This document shows, in pieces, positions 1 to 14,279 of a DNA stretch of 31,825 bases. Numbering within the stretch: the stretch's first letter is position 1; the number at the start of each line of letters is the position of its first letter. A program made the translations under genes and the position numbers. The DNA is from a virus. Location: the IMG/VR virus record IMGVR_UViG_3300045988_159010; one strand, written 5' to 3'. The notes beneath the pieces are model-generated. The model was not told the DNA's origin, ran no database searches, and saw only the letters and a list, made by a program, of their open reading frames with translations.

Positions 1-1
1 A

Positions 2-3000
2 TTAACTTATGTATATTCTAAAGGAACTAATGTATATGTAAAAGTACCAGGCGGTGATTTTACTCAAAAAAAAACTATTGAAGGCAAAGCATCTGCTACT
101 TCTTATACAGAAGAAGAATATAATGATTTATCTTAGCAAGTAGTCGAAATAAGTGAAATATATAGTAATGGTAATGAATATGGTATCTTAGCTTATGCAC
201 CAGAACCTAAAAAGGAAGAAGAAGAAACTCCAAAAGATGATAAAAATAATTCATCAAATGATACAGAAGAAGGTACTGCAACTGATACTTAGGCTGAAGA
301 TAGTAAAGAACCGATAGAAGAGGAAGAAGATAAAAGTAAATATTATGAATAGGTAATTTATGAAAATGATAATCTCACTGAAGATGTAATTTTTACTAGT
401 TTATTAACTACTTATCCTCGTATTATGATTTAGGCCGATTTTAGAACATAGTTTTATGGAACAATGATGGCTGGTAATTATGGATTAAAAATTGATTTTG
501 TAGAAAAAGATACAGGTATTGTTTTTAGTCGTAGATTAGATATTATAAATTTCTCTGGTAGTATTTACGATTATGAAGTATTTTCACCATAGTATGTAAT
601 TTATGATTTAACTGGAATTAATTTAATTGGCATAAAAAAAATTACATTTTTTCAAGAAAGATTTTTAAGATATGATACTGTTTTTAACGGCAAAGGTGAG
701 ATAACTGCGGTTTATGATAAAGAGCCTAATCTTTTTGTTAAAAATATAAAACTTAATTTTGTTGATGTCCAAGATTCTACTAAAGATTTATATTATGTAG
801 GTATTAGTGCGCCATAGGGTTTATCATTAATTCAAGATACCGATAAAATAAAATTAATAGGTGTTTTTTATTATGCTAATAAGAATATATTAGAAGAAAA
901 AACTTGCAAATGTTATTGGTATAAATAGAATCCGGCAGTTCTATCTGGTAGTGAAAAATATGATTAGATAGGCGGCCCTGGGTGGGAATGTATTAATGAT
1001 AGTTCTAATGTAAGATTTAATGAACTAATTATTTCGGGCAAAGATGTATATCAATAGATGCGATATAAATTAGTGGTAGTATATAATTCTAATGTTACTT
1101 TATATAAAGATATTAGAGTAGTTAAATATTATAATGAACGATTTACTATAATTCCGCAATTTATTAGTGAAAATGAAGTTAAATTATCTATTGTAGATTC
1201 ATTAGAAACTATTAACGAAGCTGATTGGTATGTTGATTTGATGGATGGATCATATTTACCTTTATCTACTGGAGTTAGTTAGATTGATATAAGTTAGTTT
1301 TTAGAATATGGTAATGTAATATTTTATACTGTTAGTAAATTAGATACTGGTGATTATGTACCTTGCGAATACAAATTAATTACTTATAAACAAGAATCGC
1401 CTGTGCGAGTAGTATTTAGTGGGACAGATACTTTTTAGTATGATGACAATGGTAGTATTTCTTTAGATTAGGCTAATAAAGAAATAATTATTACTCCAAC
1501 TATTAGCGTAGATAAAGAAAATATAGGAGTTAAAAGTGTTACTTGGTATTCACCCGATGGAGGAGAACTTTTAGAATACCCTACTACTAAAATTACTAAT
1601 TCAATGCTTTCAAAGCTTTGGATAGATAAAACTAATAATGCTTTACATTATTATATTAAACCTAAATATGTAGATACTTATACTAATAATACCTTATCAT
1701 TAAAAGTAATAACATTAGCTGATAAAGAATTTAAGTTTAATAAAAGTATTGTTTTTATTAAACCAGGTGACTCAACAGTTAGTGGTTTAGATTATCAATT
1801 AATTATTAAAGATTGCAATGCTGATGGCAGTGAACTTGACACTAAACCTATTAATAAAAAAAGTGGGTCTGATTATGAACCAATTTATCTCATGCCAGAA
1901 GTAAGATATAATGGTAATAAAATAATAAATGGTTCTGCTTATTAGGATGCCGTTGGTAATGCTACAGATAAATATAAAATAACTGTTGAAGCAGATCCCA
2001 TCAATTTAGATTGTAAAAAAGTAAATAAAGAAAAAAATGTATTTAAAATTTCAAATCCAGTTGAAGATTGTAAGGGTTAGTATTTTATAAAATTTAAAGT
2101 AACTATAGGGTTAGAAAATAAAGCTATTACAAATTAGACTTTATATTATTACAAGCCTATAATGGTTAGCACTGATTTTGTAGTTAATAGCATTGGTAAT
2201 ATTAATATACCTTCTAAAATTACTTATAATGAAAAGGGAACTCCTTCTTTAATAAATAAATAGATTTCTTTTATGTATAAATATGATGGTAAAAAATTTA
2301 TTGATTTATTATAGGTTACTAATCCAGTGTCTCTTACTGATTATATAATTATAGTTAATTCTACTAATTCTGATAATGTGAAATAGCAATATCTTAGACC
2401 GCAAGAAAATTATCCAGGTGCTTATTTTGCTAAATCTACTGACCAAGTAAAAACTGTCCCTATGGGTGCGTTATAGATTTTTTTACCAGATAATAAGGGC
2501 AGTTTATTTTATCCAATAGTAATGCTTAATAATAAAGATATTACTATTATAACAGATGAAGATAATAATGGTACTAATATACCTGTGCTTGATGAAGATA
2601 CTGTAGAATCTGAAAAACCTCTTGATCCAGGATTTTCTCATGGTAGACCTTGGGCACGAGATGAAGGCAAAACTTATGTAGGTTCTTTATGGGAAAACAA
2701 GCGTAGAAAATATACTTTACCTATTGAAGATCCGGGAAAAGATTTAGAAATTTAGACATTGAGTTTAGAAGCTGAAGAAGAACCACTAGAAGAATCAGAT
2801 AGTTCAGGATTTGTTTCAGGATTATATCAATATGATATAGATGGTATTCCTACTAATATTTTGCGTTCTGATGGAGTTGTAAAATTAGCAGGAGATGCTT
2901 TATGTTTTAATGTTGATGGTTCTATTTAGTTAAAAGAAGAAAGTGTAACTAATATTTTAACAGTAGCTAAATTATTAAATGAGATAGCTACAAATGCTGA

Positions 3001-3073
3001 TTTAAAACAATAGTTATCTGATTATATTGCTCCTAAAAATATAAAATTACGTGATTGGTATATCGAAGAATGA
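2..3073 (+). CDS. Large virion structural protein, 5' partial (>=1023 aa). Read in frame 2 through about 35 in-frame TAG codons; ends at TGA 3071-3073
   Basis: Frame 2 is open from the window start to TGA 3071, with no TAA/TGA in frame. The ORF-track pieces 1058-1282, 1604-1945 and 2522-2755 are all in frame 2 and each ends at TAG. The translation with TAG=Q is protein-like (beta-rich, Ig-like repeats, an LDPGF motif). A rho-independent terminator follows. Confidence 0.7.
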
Positions 3074-3102
3074 TGGATTTTTATCCATCATTCTTTTTTT
3101 TT
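3071..3102 (+). terminator. Rho-independent terminator after structural gene A
   Basis: Hairpin tgatgga-ttttta-tccatca followed by ttc plus a run of 9 T. Confidence 0.6.
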
Positions 3103-3122
3103 ATTTGGACCAAAATAGTATG

Positions 3123-3151
3123 TTTACAATATATAATTTTTAAAAATAAAT
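3123..3151 (+). promoter_or_regulatory. Putative sigma70/sigmaA-type promoter for structural gene B
   Basis: TTTACA (3123-3128), a 17-nt spacer, then ATAAAT (3146-3151). It lies about 30 nt upstream of the RBS AAAGGAGG (3166-3173) and ATG 3180. Confidence 0.3.
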
Positions 3152-3179
3152 AGAAATAAGAGTTAAAGGAGGTCAATAA

Positions 3180-6100
3180 ATGGCAGCGTCCACAATAAAT
3201 ATAAATAGAGTATATCCGCCTATTGTAGATAGTTCAATACCAGCATTTTTAGCAACTGCGGCCTCTATTAATATAAATTTTTCTTTACCTAAATCATTAA
3301 ATTATGAGGATGTAAAGAATATTTCAATTAAATTTGTATAGCAATCCAATAATAAAAGTATAATTAATACTGATAAATATTGGGATGGTATTATTTATAT
3401 GGAAAAGCCAACTACCTCTACTGATAATGGAATATATACAGTTACTGTAAATAGTTCAGATATTAAATTAGGAGATACAATAGGTTGGATTTCTAATACT
3501 TATTATAAGATTTAGATACGTTTTGGCTATGGAAAAATAGATTATACAGATAAAATTTCATTTTTTAAATGGAAAAAATCTTAGACTGTGGCTGAAGCTT
3601 TTTCAGAATGGTCTAATATTATAATTACTAAAGCAATTGATGATCCAATTGTTGAAATATTAAATAATAAAGATACTTCTTCATTAGATGTAGGATTTAT
3701 TTTAATATCAAGCAATAATGTAGAAGATAGCCGTTTTCCTAAATTTGAGGGAGGATATCAAAGCGATACTGAACCATTGGATAAATATCGTTTTAGATTA
3801 TATGAAGGTAGCTATGATTCAAAAAATCCTCCAAGTTCTGAACCATATTTATAGAGTGATTGGTTACAATATAATGGCGGAGGAAAAGATAAATATAGTG
3901 CTTTAGTCTCTTATAGTTTTAATAGACAATTAGATTAGACTGGAATAAAAATGTATTCATTGATTTTTGATGTTATTACAATGAATAATTATCAAAAATC
4001 TTCTGAATATTATAATTTTACTATTACTGAAAATTATTTAAAATAGTTATAGACTTTAGTATTTACAGTAAAAGATAATACTGAATCTACTGTATTATTA
4101 AATAAAATATCCGGAGCAAATCAAGTTGCTTTTTAGATGTATAAGGAATATTTTGGATTAAAAGGATAGGCTCCTAAATTTATTAAAGGTTATTATGATG
4201 ATGCAGATGGATATAATGCGGGAGATATAATTTATCAAACTGGTAATATTAATGAAGATAATATAGAAACTCATGTATTAAGTAAAATTACGAGAATAAA
4301 AGCAATTGAAGATTTTAGTCATAATTTACGAGCTGATGAAAATGGTAGTTTAGAGATCTATATTAAAAATAATCCTTATGAAGTAAAAGAAAAAATAACT
4401 ATTACTACTATCACTGGAGAAAAGGTAGAACGTGAAATAAATGTAGAAAAGTATCAATCACTTGATGGTACTTTTATTCTATCTAGAGCTTGTGAAACGG
4501 ATAATTATACTTAGTGGAAAGACATAGCTCAATTTGATTGGTATAATGAAACTAATTATGACGATAAATTGACTTTATTATATGAAGATTTTACAGTTGA
4601 AAGCGGAGTCAAATATAAATATGCTTTATAGAAATAGAATGCTGTAGGATTAAGAAGTGCTCCTAAATATGAATGTGATGATATTGATTCATCACCTGCC
4701 CATTGGTCTAATTTTTAGTATAGTTATATTTATAATAATGGTATTCAAGTTCGTTTAGATTTTGATTGTAAAACGAATAGTTATAAGCATACTACTTTAT
4801 TCCAAAAGCAAGATAGCTTAAATTCTAAATATCCAATTATTCTACGCAATGGATTAGCACATTATGCAGAATTTTAGTTAGGTGCTAAAATTTCTTTATT
4901 AAGTGATATTGATTCTTCTTTTTTAATGCGTAATGATGCTAAAGGTGGTTATTATCACAGTTGGTATGGGGATGTAGTTATTTCAAAAGATAAATATATT
5001 AAAACTTTTGAACGTGATTTATAGAATCCATATAATAATGATTATAGTATAAGACAATACAATATCCAAAATGCTTCTACATTTAATACTAATCCAACTA
5101 ATGATAATATATATATGGAACGTATATATAGGCATTGGGTAGAAGAATTTTTAAATGATGGTGGTTATAAATTATTTAAGTCGCCAACTGAAGGAAATCA
5201 TATAGTTACTTTAACTAATGTTACTTGGACTCCTCAAGCTTCTTTATATCGTATGATTTATGATTTTAATTCAACAGCTTATGAAGTGGCTGATTGCACC
5301 CCAGAAAATATTATTTTATATTAGATAAATCCATTAACTACTTTGTCTAATAATTCTAAATTAGCAATTTAGAATGCTAGTACAAAAACTAAAACAGTTA
5401 TTGGGCAAGTAGCTCGAACATTTAATGGAAAATATGCACAGGAAATTACTAATAATAAATTATCTATAATTGATAATAATAAATTTAATCTTACTTATGA
5501 TAATATTTGTAACGCAATAAAACTTCAAGAAGAGCAAGAAATAAGTGAAGATAGAAAATATCGAGTAAGAAGAATAAAAGCGATTTGGATAGAATAGTAT
5601 CCTAAACTAAATCTCAAAAATAAAATAGAATATTTAAAAAATAAAACTAGTTCAACTATGATAGGTCAGTTAACTAATGCAGTTGAATTATTAAGATGTG
5701 AATAGCTTTTATAGGAATATGAAAAAAATTAGAGTAATATTATTACTATGATAATAAATGGTAAAGAAATTTCTATGATGCCCAGTCGTATTTATCATTT
5801 GGATGATACTACTATTGATAGTATGTATTTAAAATTTACTCGTCCTGTTTTAATTAATTATATAGTTGATCTAGAGGAAGAAGATTTCTTAGAAATAGTG
5901 ACTGTTGCTAAACGTGAATTTGCACAATGGGGATAGCTTGGTGGAGTATTTACTGATACTCAAGATATTCTTGATAACCATTAGTTCTTTAGAAATGATG
6001 ATACTTATATAGTTAATGAAAAATACAATTATGGATTATATTCCACATTAAATTTAATGGATATAATAAAAGAAAAAGTACATACTTCTATTTTAAATAA

Positions 6101-6608
6101 TTATAGCGATCAAAAACTTGAATCTACTTTTGATTTATTATATAATAGTATAAATGAATTTTTAGATAAAGTTAAAGATGCTACAGAGTCCATCGAAGAA
6201 TTAGTAATAACTGGTACATAGTTATTAGAAAATTATAGACCTTTATCTGGATTAACTTTAAATAAATAGACTGACGCTTGGATGAATGGTTCAGATCAAT
6301 TAATTATATATAATTTTACTGGTATTGATAGTATCGAAATTGAAGCAGATGCTAATACAGATTTAGTTTTTTATAGAGAGTATGATCTTGATGCAACTAC
6401 TGGTAATTATCATCTTAGTTCTCCTGGCACTCATGTACGTATTGGACCTACTAATAAATTAGTTTTAAATCCTTTGAAAGATGAGATTGTTAAAGTAGAA
6501 TTTGTTAGACCTACTTATGCAATAATTAATTATAAATCTGTTTCGTCTTTAGAAGTTAAAAAAGGTAAGCAGAAAGAAAAAGATGAATCATAGGAGAAAA
6601 CGGAATGA
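3180..6608 (+). CDS. Large virion structural protein (about 1142 aa; tail or baseplate-like), about 30 in-frame TAG
   Basis: RBS AAAGGAGG plus ATG 3180 in frame 0. The ORF-track pieces 3588, 5115, 5748 and 6282 are all in frame 0 and each ends at TAG. Reading through by hand lands exactly on each next piece. Terminates at TGA 6606-6608, overlapping the next ATG (ATGA). Confidence 0.7.
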
Positions 6609-9600
6609 GAGAATATCTAAAAGATAGTGAGTTTTTAACTGCATTAGATGAAATGCGTATAAAAAAACATTATATCAAACTTACCATTTTATCTTTTGTT
6701 GATGAAAAACCTATACGAGAGGTATAGGGTATAGCAACGGCAGGCTCTATTACAGTTAATGGGTCTGCCGCCTTGCGCCGCACGATTAGTCTAACAATTA
6801 GCGGTATAGAAAATGAGAATGACATTAATAATATTGAAAATATTATTTCAATTAATAAAAAAGTAAAAGTAGAGGTAGGGCTTGAAAATCCATTTGCAGA
6901 TTATAAAAACTATGGAGATATTATTTGGTTTCCTCTTGGAACATTTGTAATTAATCAAGCTACTTCTTCTACTACAGCTTCTTCAGCAAATATTTCTATC
7001 TCAGGTAAAGATAAAATGTGTATGCTTGATGGTACTTGCGGAGGTACATTACCTTCAGCAGTTACCTTTCATGAAACACAATATGAAGATGAAAATGGAG
7101 ATATTACAATTGAGCAAGTGCCTATATTTACGATTATTAAAGAATGTGTAACACATTTTGGTAAAGAACCAGAATAGAATGTTATAATTAATGACGTAGA
7201 TATGACAGCTAAACTTAGTACAAAATATATGGGCCAAAATCCTATATGGTTTTCTAAAGATTATAAAAGTTTTGTAATTAGTGAAAACGCTCCTGAAGAT
7301 GAAAATTTTTTATAGCACAAATTTATTTATGGACAAGACGTAGGATATCAAGAAACAGATTTTACTTATCCAGGAGAATTAGTATTTTCTGCGGGAGACA
7401 CAGTAACTTCTGTCCTTGATAAAATTATTGAATCTTTAGGAAATTATGAATATTTTTATGATTTAGATGGTCATTTTGTATTTTAGTAGAAAAAGAATTA
7501 TTTAAACTATTATTATACTCCTATTACAGAAATAAATGATACTTATTATATAAAAGCTTTTTCAGATAGTAAATATTATTATACTTTTGCAAATGCTAAA
7601 GATGCATTATCTTATTATAATAGTCCTAAATATGAAAATATAAAAAATGATTTTATTGTATGGGGCGATAAAACTAATAGTAATGGAGTTACTAAAACTA
7701 TATAGTATCATTTAGCCATAGATGAAAAACCTCAAATTGATTTAGCTAATCAATATATGTGGGATGTAGTTCGAGGTAATGGTGACCATGCTTTTTATTT
7801 ATTTGAGTATAAAAAAAGTAATTATAATTAGACACCTGATAAAAAAGCTTTAGAAATTATTTATTCTGTTAATCATGAAGAAATGGTGGATGAAGTAATT
7901 GAATCTAACATTAAAGAAGATATAATTGAAAATATTTTAAAGAATTATTCTTTTTACACTGGTGATTAGTTTATTTTATATTATAAAATAATATTTTTAA
8001 ATTAGATAAGATATTATAAAATTACTTTATTAGATGGAGAAATTATAGGATTTCAATATCTTGAAGATTTAACTGATATTATTGACTTTACTCATTTAGC
8101 TCTTGGTGTTTATCCTAAAAAAGATGCTACTGATAGTTGGCCAAGTAATAATAATTCTTCTAATAAAAATAATAATAATAAAAATGATAGCTATAAAGAT
8201 GATAATACATTAGATCCGGGTTTTGGTATTCCTACCTCTTGGTGGCGTAAAGGCCAAGGAACTGGAGATTCAGAAAATTATGGTATTATGCTAATATCTA
8301 ATACAAAAGAGTTAGATCCAGATTTTATGGTACCAAATCCAGGTTCCACAGTATTAGATCCTGATTTTATGTTACCAGCAGACCAAGAAAATAATGCAAA
8401 TAAAAATAATAATTCTTCTAATGATAAGTCTGATAATAATAATAATAATACAACGATTAATGAATCTAAAGAATATTATTTAACTATAATAAAAAATATA
8501 GATAATAAAAATATTTTGGGTTATTATGATAGTGAAGGTTAGTGGATTTAGATTTATGAATTAACTGAAGAACTTTCATTAAAAAATATAGAAAATTTTT
8601 TAAATACCATTAAAATTAATTATTATATTAAAATTATTAAAGATATAAATTTTGATAAAGAAAATAAAGATTATGATTTTAATTTTATTGATTCTAATAA
8701 TTTAATTTCCATCAATAATACTATTGTTGCTAGTTATAAATTAATTAGTTACAATGAATCTAAAAAGAAGACAGAATATAGTTATATATTTCCTAATAAT
8801 TATTCAGTAATAAAAAATAAAAATGATGAAACTGTTATTACTGAAGAAGAACATAATGATTTAGTTAAAAAATTATTAGAATATTATAAAACAAATAAAG
8901 ATGATTTAACTTCAGATATTGAACTAATTTATAGTTATAAAGATATGGAAGAAATTCCTAAAGATGATCCATCTGAGTCAAATAAACCTGGCAATTCAGA
9001 AGATAATAAGATACCTGGCCCTACTCCTAGAGATCCAAATTATGGAATTATGCCTTTAGATATTTTAGATCCAGGTTTTACATTAAAACCCAATGAAGAG
9101 AATAATAATAAAGATAATACATCAAATGGAAATACATCGGGAGGAAGTAATTTATTGTTACCATTCTTAGATCCAGTAGATGGTAAAAAAGATTAGTTAA
9201 AAATCTTAGGTGATTAGGAAGATATAATAAAAAAAATTTTTATTTTACGTGATGATGGTAATTATTCATTAAATGAAATTATTGAAGAAATTACTAAAGC
9301 TTATAATTCTAATATTCTTGATTTTTCTACTATTAATGATAATAATAAAATTAAAATTATTACATATACTCCTGAAGAACCTCCTTTTGATTATGAAGAT
9401 AATTTTTATTTTACTTTAATTGGTACTCCTTGTAATGAATGGCGTGAAGAATTATTTAGACAAGCTTTATTAAATAATGAAAATGGCACTCAGAAAGGAG
9501 ACTATGATGATGAATTATTAGCTAAAATAGATGGTGAATACTTGTGGCGTAAACAAATATTTAATCCTTAGAATGAAACTTGGCATGAAGAATGGCGGAA

Positions 9601-10204
9601 TCAAATTGATTAGATTGAATCAAAAAATTCTTCTGAAGAAAATCAAAATGAAGAAATCATACCTGATACTTGGATTGGATGGAATCCTGCTATTTATCTT
9701 GATCCTAGCTTAATAACATATTGGTTAGATTTTATTGATGTAGATTAGTTAGTATCTAGATATTCAGTTAATAAAATAGGCCGGCGTACTAAAGCATTGA
9801 CTAAAACTAATATGAGTCTTTTATATAAATTAGAAGTGCCTGATATCATATTTTTTGAAAATACTGGGGAAGCAGATTTAATTCAAAAGATAGAAGATTA
9901 TACATTAAAAGGTTAGGCTTATTGTGCTTTAAAACCGGGGCAAATGAAATTATTTAGTTCTAGCGGAACAGGAAGTACGGCATTTGATTATATAAGAGAA
10001 ATGTTATATTAGTATTTAATTTATAATTTAACTGTTACTATTAACTGTGCGCCAAGATATTATTTAGAACCTAATAATTTAATCTATATAAATGATAGAA
10101 AAAGTAATATACAAGGGGAATTTGTTATAACTCAATATACTCTTCCTTTAACTTATAATGGAAATATGTCGATTACAACAAATGAAGCTTTAACAAGAGT
10201 ATAA
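6605..10204 (+). CDS. Large virion structural protein (about 1199 aa; may be more than one protein), with N/D/S-rich low-complexity linkers carrying LDP(G/D)F motifs
   Basis: ATG 6605 overlaps the preceding TGA. Frame 2 is continuous through the ORF-track pieces 6773, 8288 and 8945 (all frame 2, each ending at TAG) to TAA 10202-10204. The frame-0 ORF 9531-9713 is out of frame and is rejected. Confidence 0.55.
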
Positions 10205-10215
10205 GGAGGTAAATA

Positions 10216-10917
10216 ATGGGAATTCAATTTAAACAAATTGTTTATAATTTAGAGGACTATGGTGGTTCTGGTGGATTAGTTTCTACTAAATAGGGAGATT
10301 TATCTGAATTAGTATATAGTGCTGTATATTAGAATAATTTAAATGATTCTACTGAAACTACTACAAATGATGAAACAGATTATGAAAATAAAAAAATAGA
10401 TATTTTTGGGGCTAATATTTTAAAAGGCTTCAATAATGTAAAAAAAATAGGCATTTAGGCACCCCCTGGTACTAAATTCACTTTTAATAAAGCAACTACG
10501 CAAGATACTGGGGAATGGATTATGGTTGGACGTACTGGTATTTATGAACTTAATGATGATATTGTAATTAATTATTTAAGATTTCAACGTCCTTAGAATT
10601 ATATTATAAATAAAGAATTGAGTCAATAGTTATAGGCTACTGGGACTGGAATAATGAAAGTAGCAAGAGATACATTTTTATAGAAAATTAATGATTTAGA
10701 AAAAACATTAGGTTCAGCTCCTGACCGCACTGAAGCTGGTTCAGAATATTGGACTGAATATAATAATGCTCATCAAAATTATATAACTTAGTATAAAAGC
10801 GGTTTAGGAATTTATTTAAAAGGTAAAGCAGGAGTATATGTACCTGATCCAACTATTGTAGATTTATATAATATAATTATAGACTTTACTTATGAAACAT
10901 ATGAAGGGGGAGAGTAA
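10216..10917 (+). CDS. Virion structural protein (233 aa), about 9 in-frame TAG
   Basis: RBS AAGGAGG (10203-10209) and ATG 10216 in frame 1. No ATG-to-stop ORF of 60 aa or more was called here because TAGs occur every 20-40 codons. Ends at TAA 10915-10917. Confidence 0.55.
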
Positions 10918-10920
10918 TAA

Positions 10921-13818
10921 ATGTATAGCTTTTATGGTGGACAAAAAGGGCAAGACTTTAAAATAACACGAATATTTGCCAATCGTGCTATTGATATGGT
11001 TGGAGATTTAAAAGCAAGATGGACTTCTCCTGTGAATGTTGGAGATTATGTTTTTATTAATTATGGTGATCCATCTTATATGAATGAAGAAACCTCCAAC
11101 TATAATACTAATCTTCAGATAGATTTAAAAGATAGCGGAAAATCATATACTAATTCATTGTGGTAGAAAATCTATGTAGATAGAAATTTAACAGTTTCTC
11201 CAGATTTTCCTTAGAATGATAATAATATTTATATTTTCTTAAATTTAGAAGAAGATAATAAAGAAGAATATGGAGAATCTCTTCATGAAGTATCTGATTT
11301 AGAAAATGAAGAATGTTTTGGTTTTGGATATCGTTTAATTGCTTGCGTAACTGGCGTTACTCCTCGTATTCAAGTATTTCATTAGACTATAGATATTGAA
11401 GATGGAGATCCTTATGTTACTTTAGATTTAACCAATCCTGATACTCCTAAAATTAAATTTTATTTACAACGTGGATAGCGTATTGAAGAAGTATATAAAA
11501 ATATAGTTGGCTCTTAGGAAGATCCAAATGTTTATTTTAAAACTGAAGGAACTTATTTTGATAAAAATGGAAATATTAAGACAGCAACATTAACTAGGCC
11601 TCAATTAACTTTTGATTTGCCTAAAGCTCCAACATTTTTTTCTGGTTCTTTATTTGGATTAGGACCATTATCTTATTTTCATAATATGGGTAATTATAAA
11701 ATTTATGGATATCAAAATTATGATTATAAATATACAATTCGGAAAAATTAGGTTTCTATACTATCACGAATTTCGTATTATTTATTACATATCCTAAAAG
11801 AAGATAAAGTAATATATGATGAAAATGGGAATATTATTGATAATAAACATTTTTTCAATAATAATTTAAATGCAATATATGCTTAGCCTGATGAAAGAGT
11901 TTTATTTAATCCTCAAAATAATTTAAAAATAACTAAATTATCTTAGCAATTATATACTTATTTAGTTGATAATTTTAAATTATAGCAAATTAAAAATAAG
12001 TTAGAATATGAATGGTACTGGATAGATTCAGAATATAATCTAAGTAGCCAATAGAATTTATTTTATTTATTTAATGATATGTATCCTAGATCTTTGGTTT
12101 AGGTTGATCAAATAATATATTCTTTATTTAATATTTTATTAAAGTTAATAAATAATAATAAAAAAGATGACATTAGTTCTGTATATTATTTTGAAAATAG
12201 TAGTATAGCTAATTATTGTTTATCAATATTAGCTGAATATGCTACATTAGGAGATCATTTTTATGATATAACTAATAATGGCTATAAAGCTGATTTCTAT
12301 ATAAATGAGCCAACTGGGAAAATTTATAGCTTATATGAGATAACTTCTTCTTAGATTACTGGCATTTATTTAGGGGCTATTACAGCACCGGCTCCATTAG
12401 CTAAAACAGAATTAGTTGATTCTTTTATTAAAGATAAAGATAATAGTTATATTAAAAATTAGATTGTAGTTGAAAGTAGTATTTTAGAAGAAGATAATAT
12501 TGGTACTTATTAGGAAATTTTTAATTTTTCCATTCCTAAATATCCTGATATATCAATAAAAACTATAAATGTTAAAAATGAATAGACTTATAAAGTATCT
12601 AATATAAAACCTATAAGTAAAAATATGGAACAAATCGATTTAGAAACTCCTTTGCCTATTCATATCCTTACTCCTAAAAATTCTGGATTAACTGTTTCTA
12701 TAGATACAATTAATAATAATATTGAAAAAGTAATAGGTAATAAAGAGAGTTATATTGGTCCTATTCTTTCTAAAAATGATTTATTTATTAATATTACAGA
12801 TAATTTAAGTGATTCTACACGTGGACATATTTTTTAGTATAAAAAAGATCCAGTCCAATCATTAGAAGATTAGGAGTTTTTATTTGATAATTGGGAAAAA
12901 ATTGGTACTTTAACTGGTTTGCCTGGAATCCCATTAGCTAAAAAAATTATTAATATAACTGCTGTAGAACATTTATCAAATAATATTGTTTATGAAGGTT
13001 CTGAGGGCAATGGTAATAATGATTATATTTTTAATTACAATATTTTAAAAACATATTATGTAGATCATGTTAATGATGGATTAGAATTTATTATCAAACA
13101 AATATTAAATGGAACTAAATTAAATCAAGAAGCAATAAAAAATGCAGGTAGTAGCACTCCATAGTTAATAATTAATTTTGGAGATAATGCTGGGGCTAAT
13201 TTGCCTGATTTAACAATTAATTCTGACAGTGGAGAAGTAATTCTTATTAATTTTTATAATCCTACATTAACTAGCAGTTATTGGGGACTTTATATTCAAA
13301 ATAATTGGGATTTAATATCTGTTTCAGGTAACAGCCAGGATTCTATTATTTCAATACAATAGAATCCTTAGCAAGAAATTAGTAAAAAAACTGCTTATTC
13401 TAGTTGGTATTTAGATACTCAATATTTAAACAATAATTTAGTTTGGAATAAATGGATTGGAATTACTACAAAAAATCTTGTAGATACTTCAATATCTATT
13501 GATGGAATCTCAAAAACAAATATTCCAAAATTTACAGCTAAAGAAGGAGATAAAATAACAATTCATACACTTAGTAGAAATAAATCTACAACGGAAATAG
13601 GAGAAATAACTAGTAAAATTTTTTATAATAATACGTTGATGAAAGAATCTGCTAAATGTTAGGTTGCTCCGTCAGAAGGATTATGGGGATATGCTGAAGT
13701 AACTTATGAATTTAACTTAAAGAATGATATATCTATTGAAGTCATAAGTGAAAAATATCCAGATTCTTCTCCTTATGTTTTTGGGCAAAATGTTTATATT
13801 ACAGATTATTTAGATTAA
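10921..13818 (+). CDS. Large virion protein (about 965 aa), likely tail fiber or receptor-binding protein; last big structural gene before the holin. About 30 in-frame TAG
   Basis: ATG 10921 in frame 1. The ORF-track pieces 10921, 12625 and 12919 are all in frame 1. The frame is continuous to TAA 13816-13818, followed by RBS AAGGAGG. Confidence 0.6.
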
Positions 13819-13831
13819 GGAGGAATTTTAA

Positions 13832-14239
13832 ATGGATGCTCAATTAGTTGCGCAAATATTTCAAATTTGTATTATTCCTTTACTTGGAATTTTAACGACA
13901 TTCTTAGTTACTTGGATTAAATCTAAAAAGGACGCTTTAAAGCAACAAACAGATAGTGAATTAGCTAAAAAATATTTAGACATGCTTGATAATACAATTA
14001 CTGATTGTGTTATTGCAATGAATTAGACTTATGTTAATTCATTAAAATAGCAAGGAAAATTTGATGGTGAAGCTTAGAAAAAAGCATTTACTGATGTTTA
14101 TAATAAAGTAATTGCTATTTTAGGTCAAGATGCTATTGAATATTTGAATTCTGCTGTTGGAGATCTCAATGAATATATTTCTTCTAAAATTGAGAAAGAA
14201 GTTAATTCAAATAAAATTACTCCAACAGAAACAAAATAA
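13832..14239 (+). CDS. Holin (LL-H / phage_holin_6-like; single N-terminal TM, then charged tail), 135 aa with 3 in-frame TAG
   Basis: RBS AAGGAGG plus ATG 13832. N-terminal TM segment FQICIIPLLGILTTFLVTWI. After TAG=Q the central region reads QTYVNSLKQQGKFDGEAQKKAF, which resembles the conserved core of LL-H family holins. Lies directly after the tail genes and is followed by a strong terminator. Confidence 0.6.
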
Positions 14240-14243
14240 TAAA

Positions 14244-14279
14244 ATGGGAGAACCAATGCGGTTCTCCCATTTTTTTTTA
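14244..14279 (+). terminator. Rho-independent terminator after the holin
   Basis: Perfect 9-bp stem gggagaacc / ggttctccc, loop aatgc, then a run of 10 T. Confidence 0.8.

Noticed and set aside
6755-6790. Local GC-rich patches in an AT-rich genome (for example gggtctgccgccttgcgccgcacg, and similar at 15150-15300 and 17370)
   Set aside because: They correspond to Ala/Gly/Arg codon runs inside coding frames. No repeat structure or conserved RNA fold is evident.
7055-7237. The - strand ORFs in the late region (7055-7237, 16548-16823, 16561-16770) and + strand ORFs in the early region (17206-17400, 17504-17758, 18275-18535, 19974-20246, 20291-20491)
   Set aside because: They are antisense to long, well-supported genes and have low-complexity translations. 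The frame-0 ORF 9531-9713 is likewise inside frame-2 gene C.
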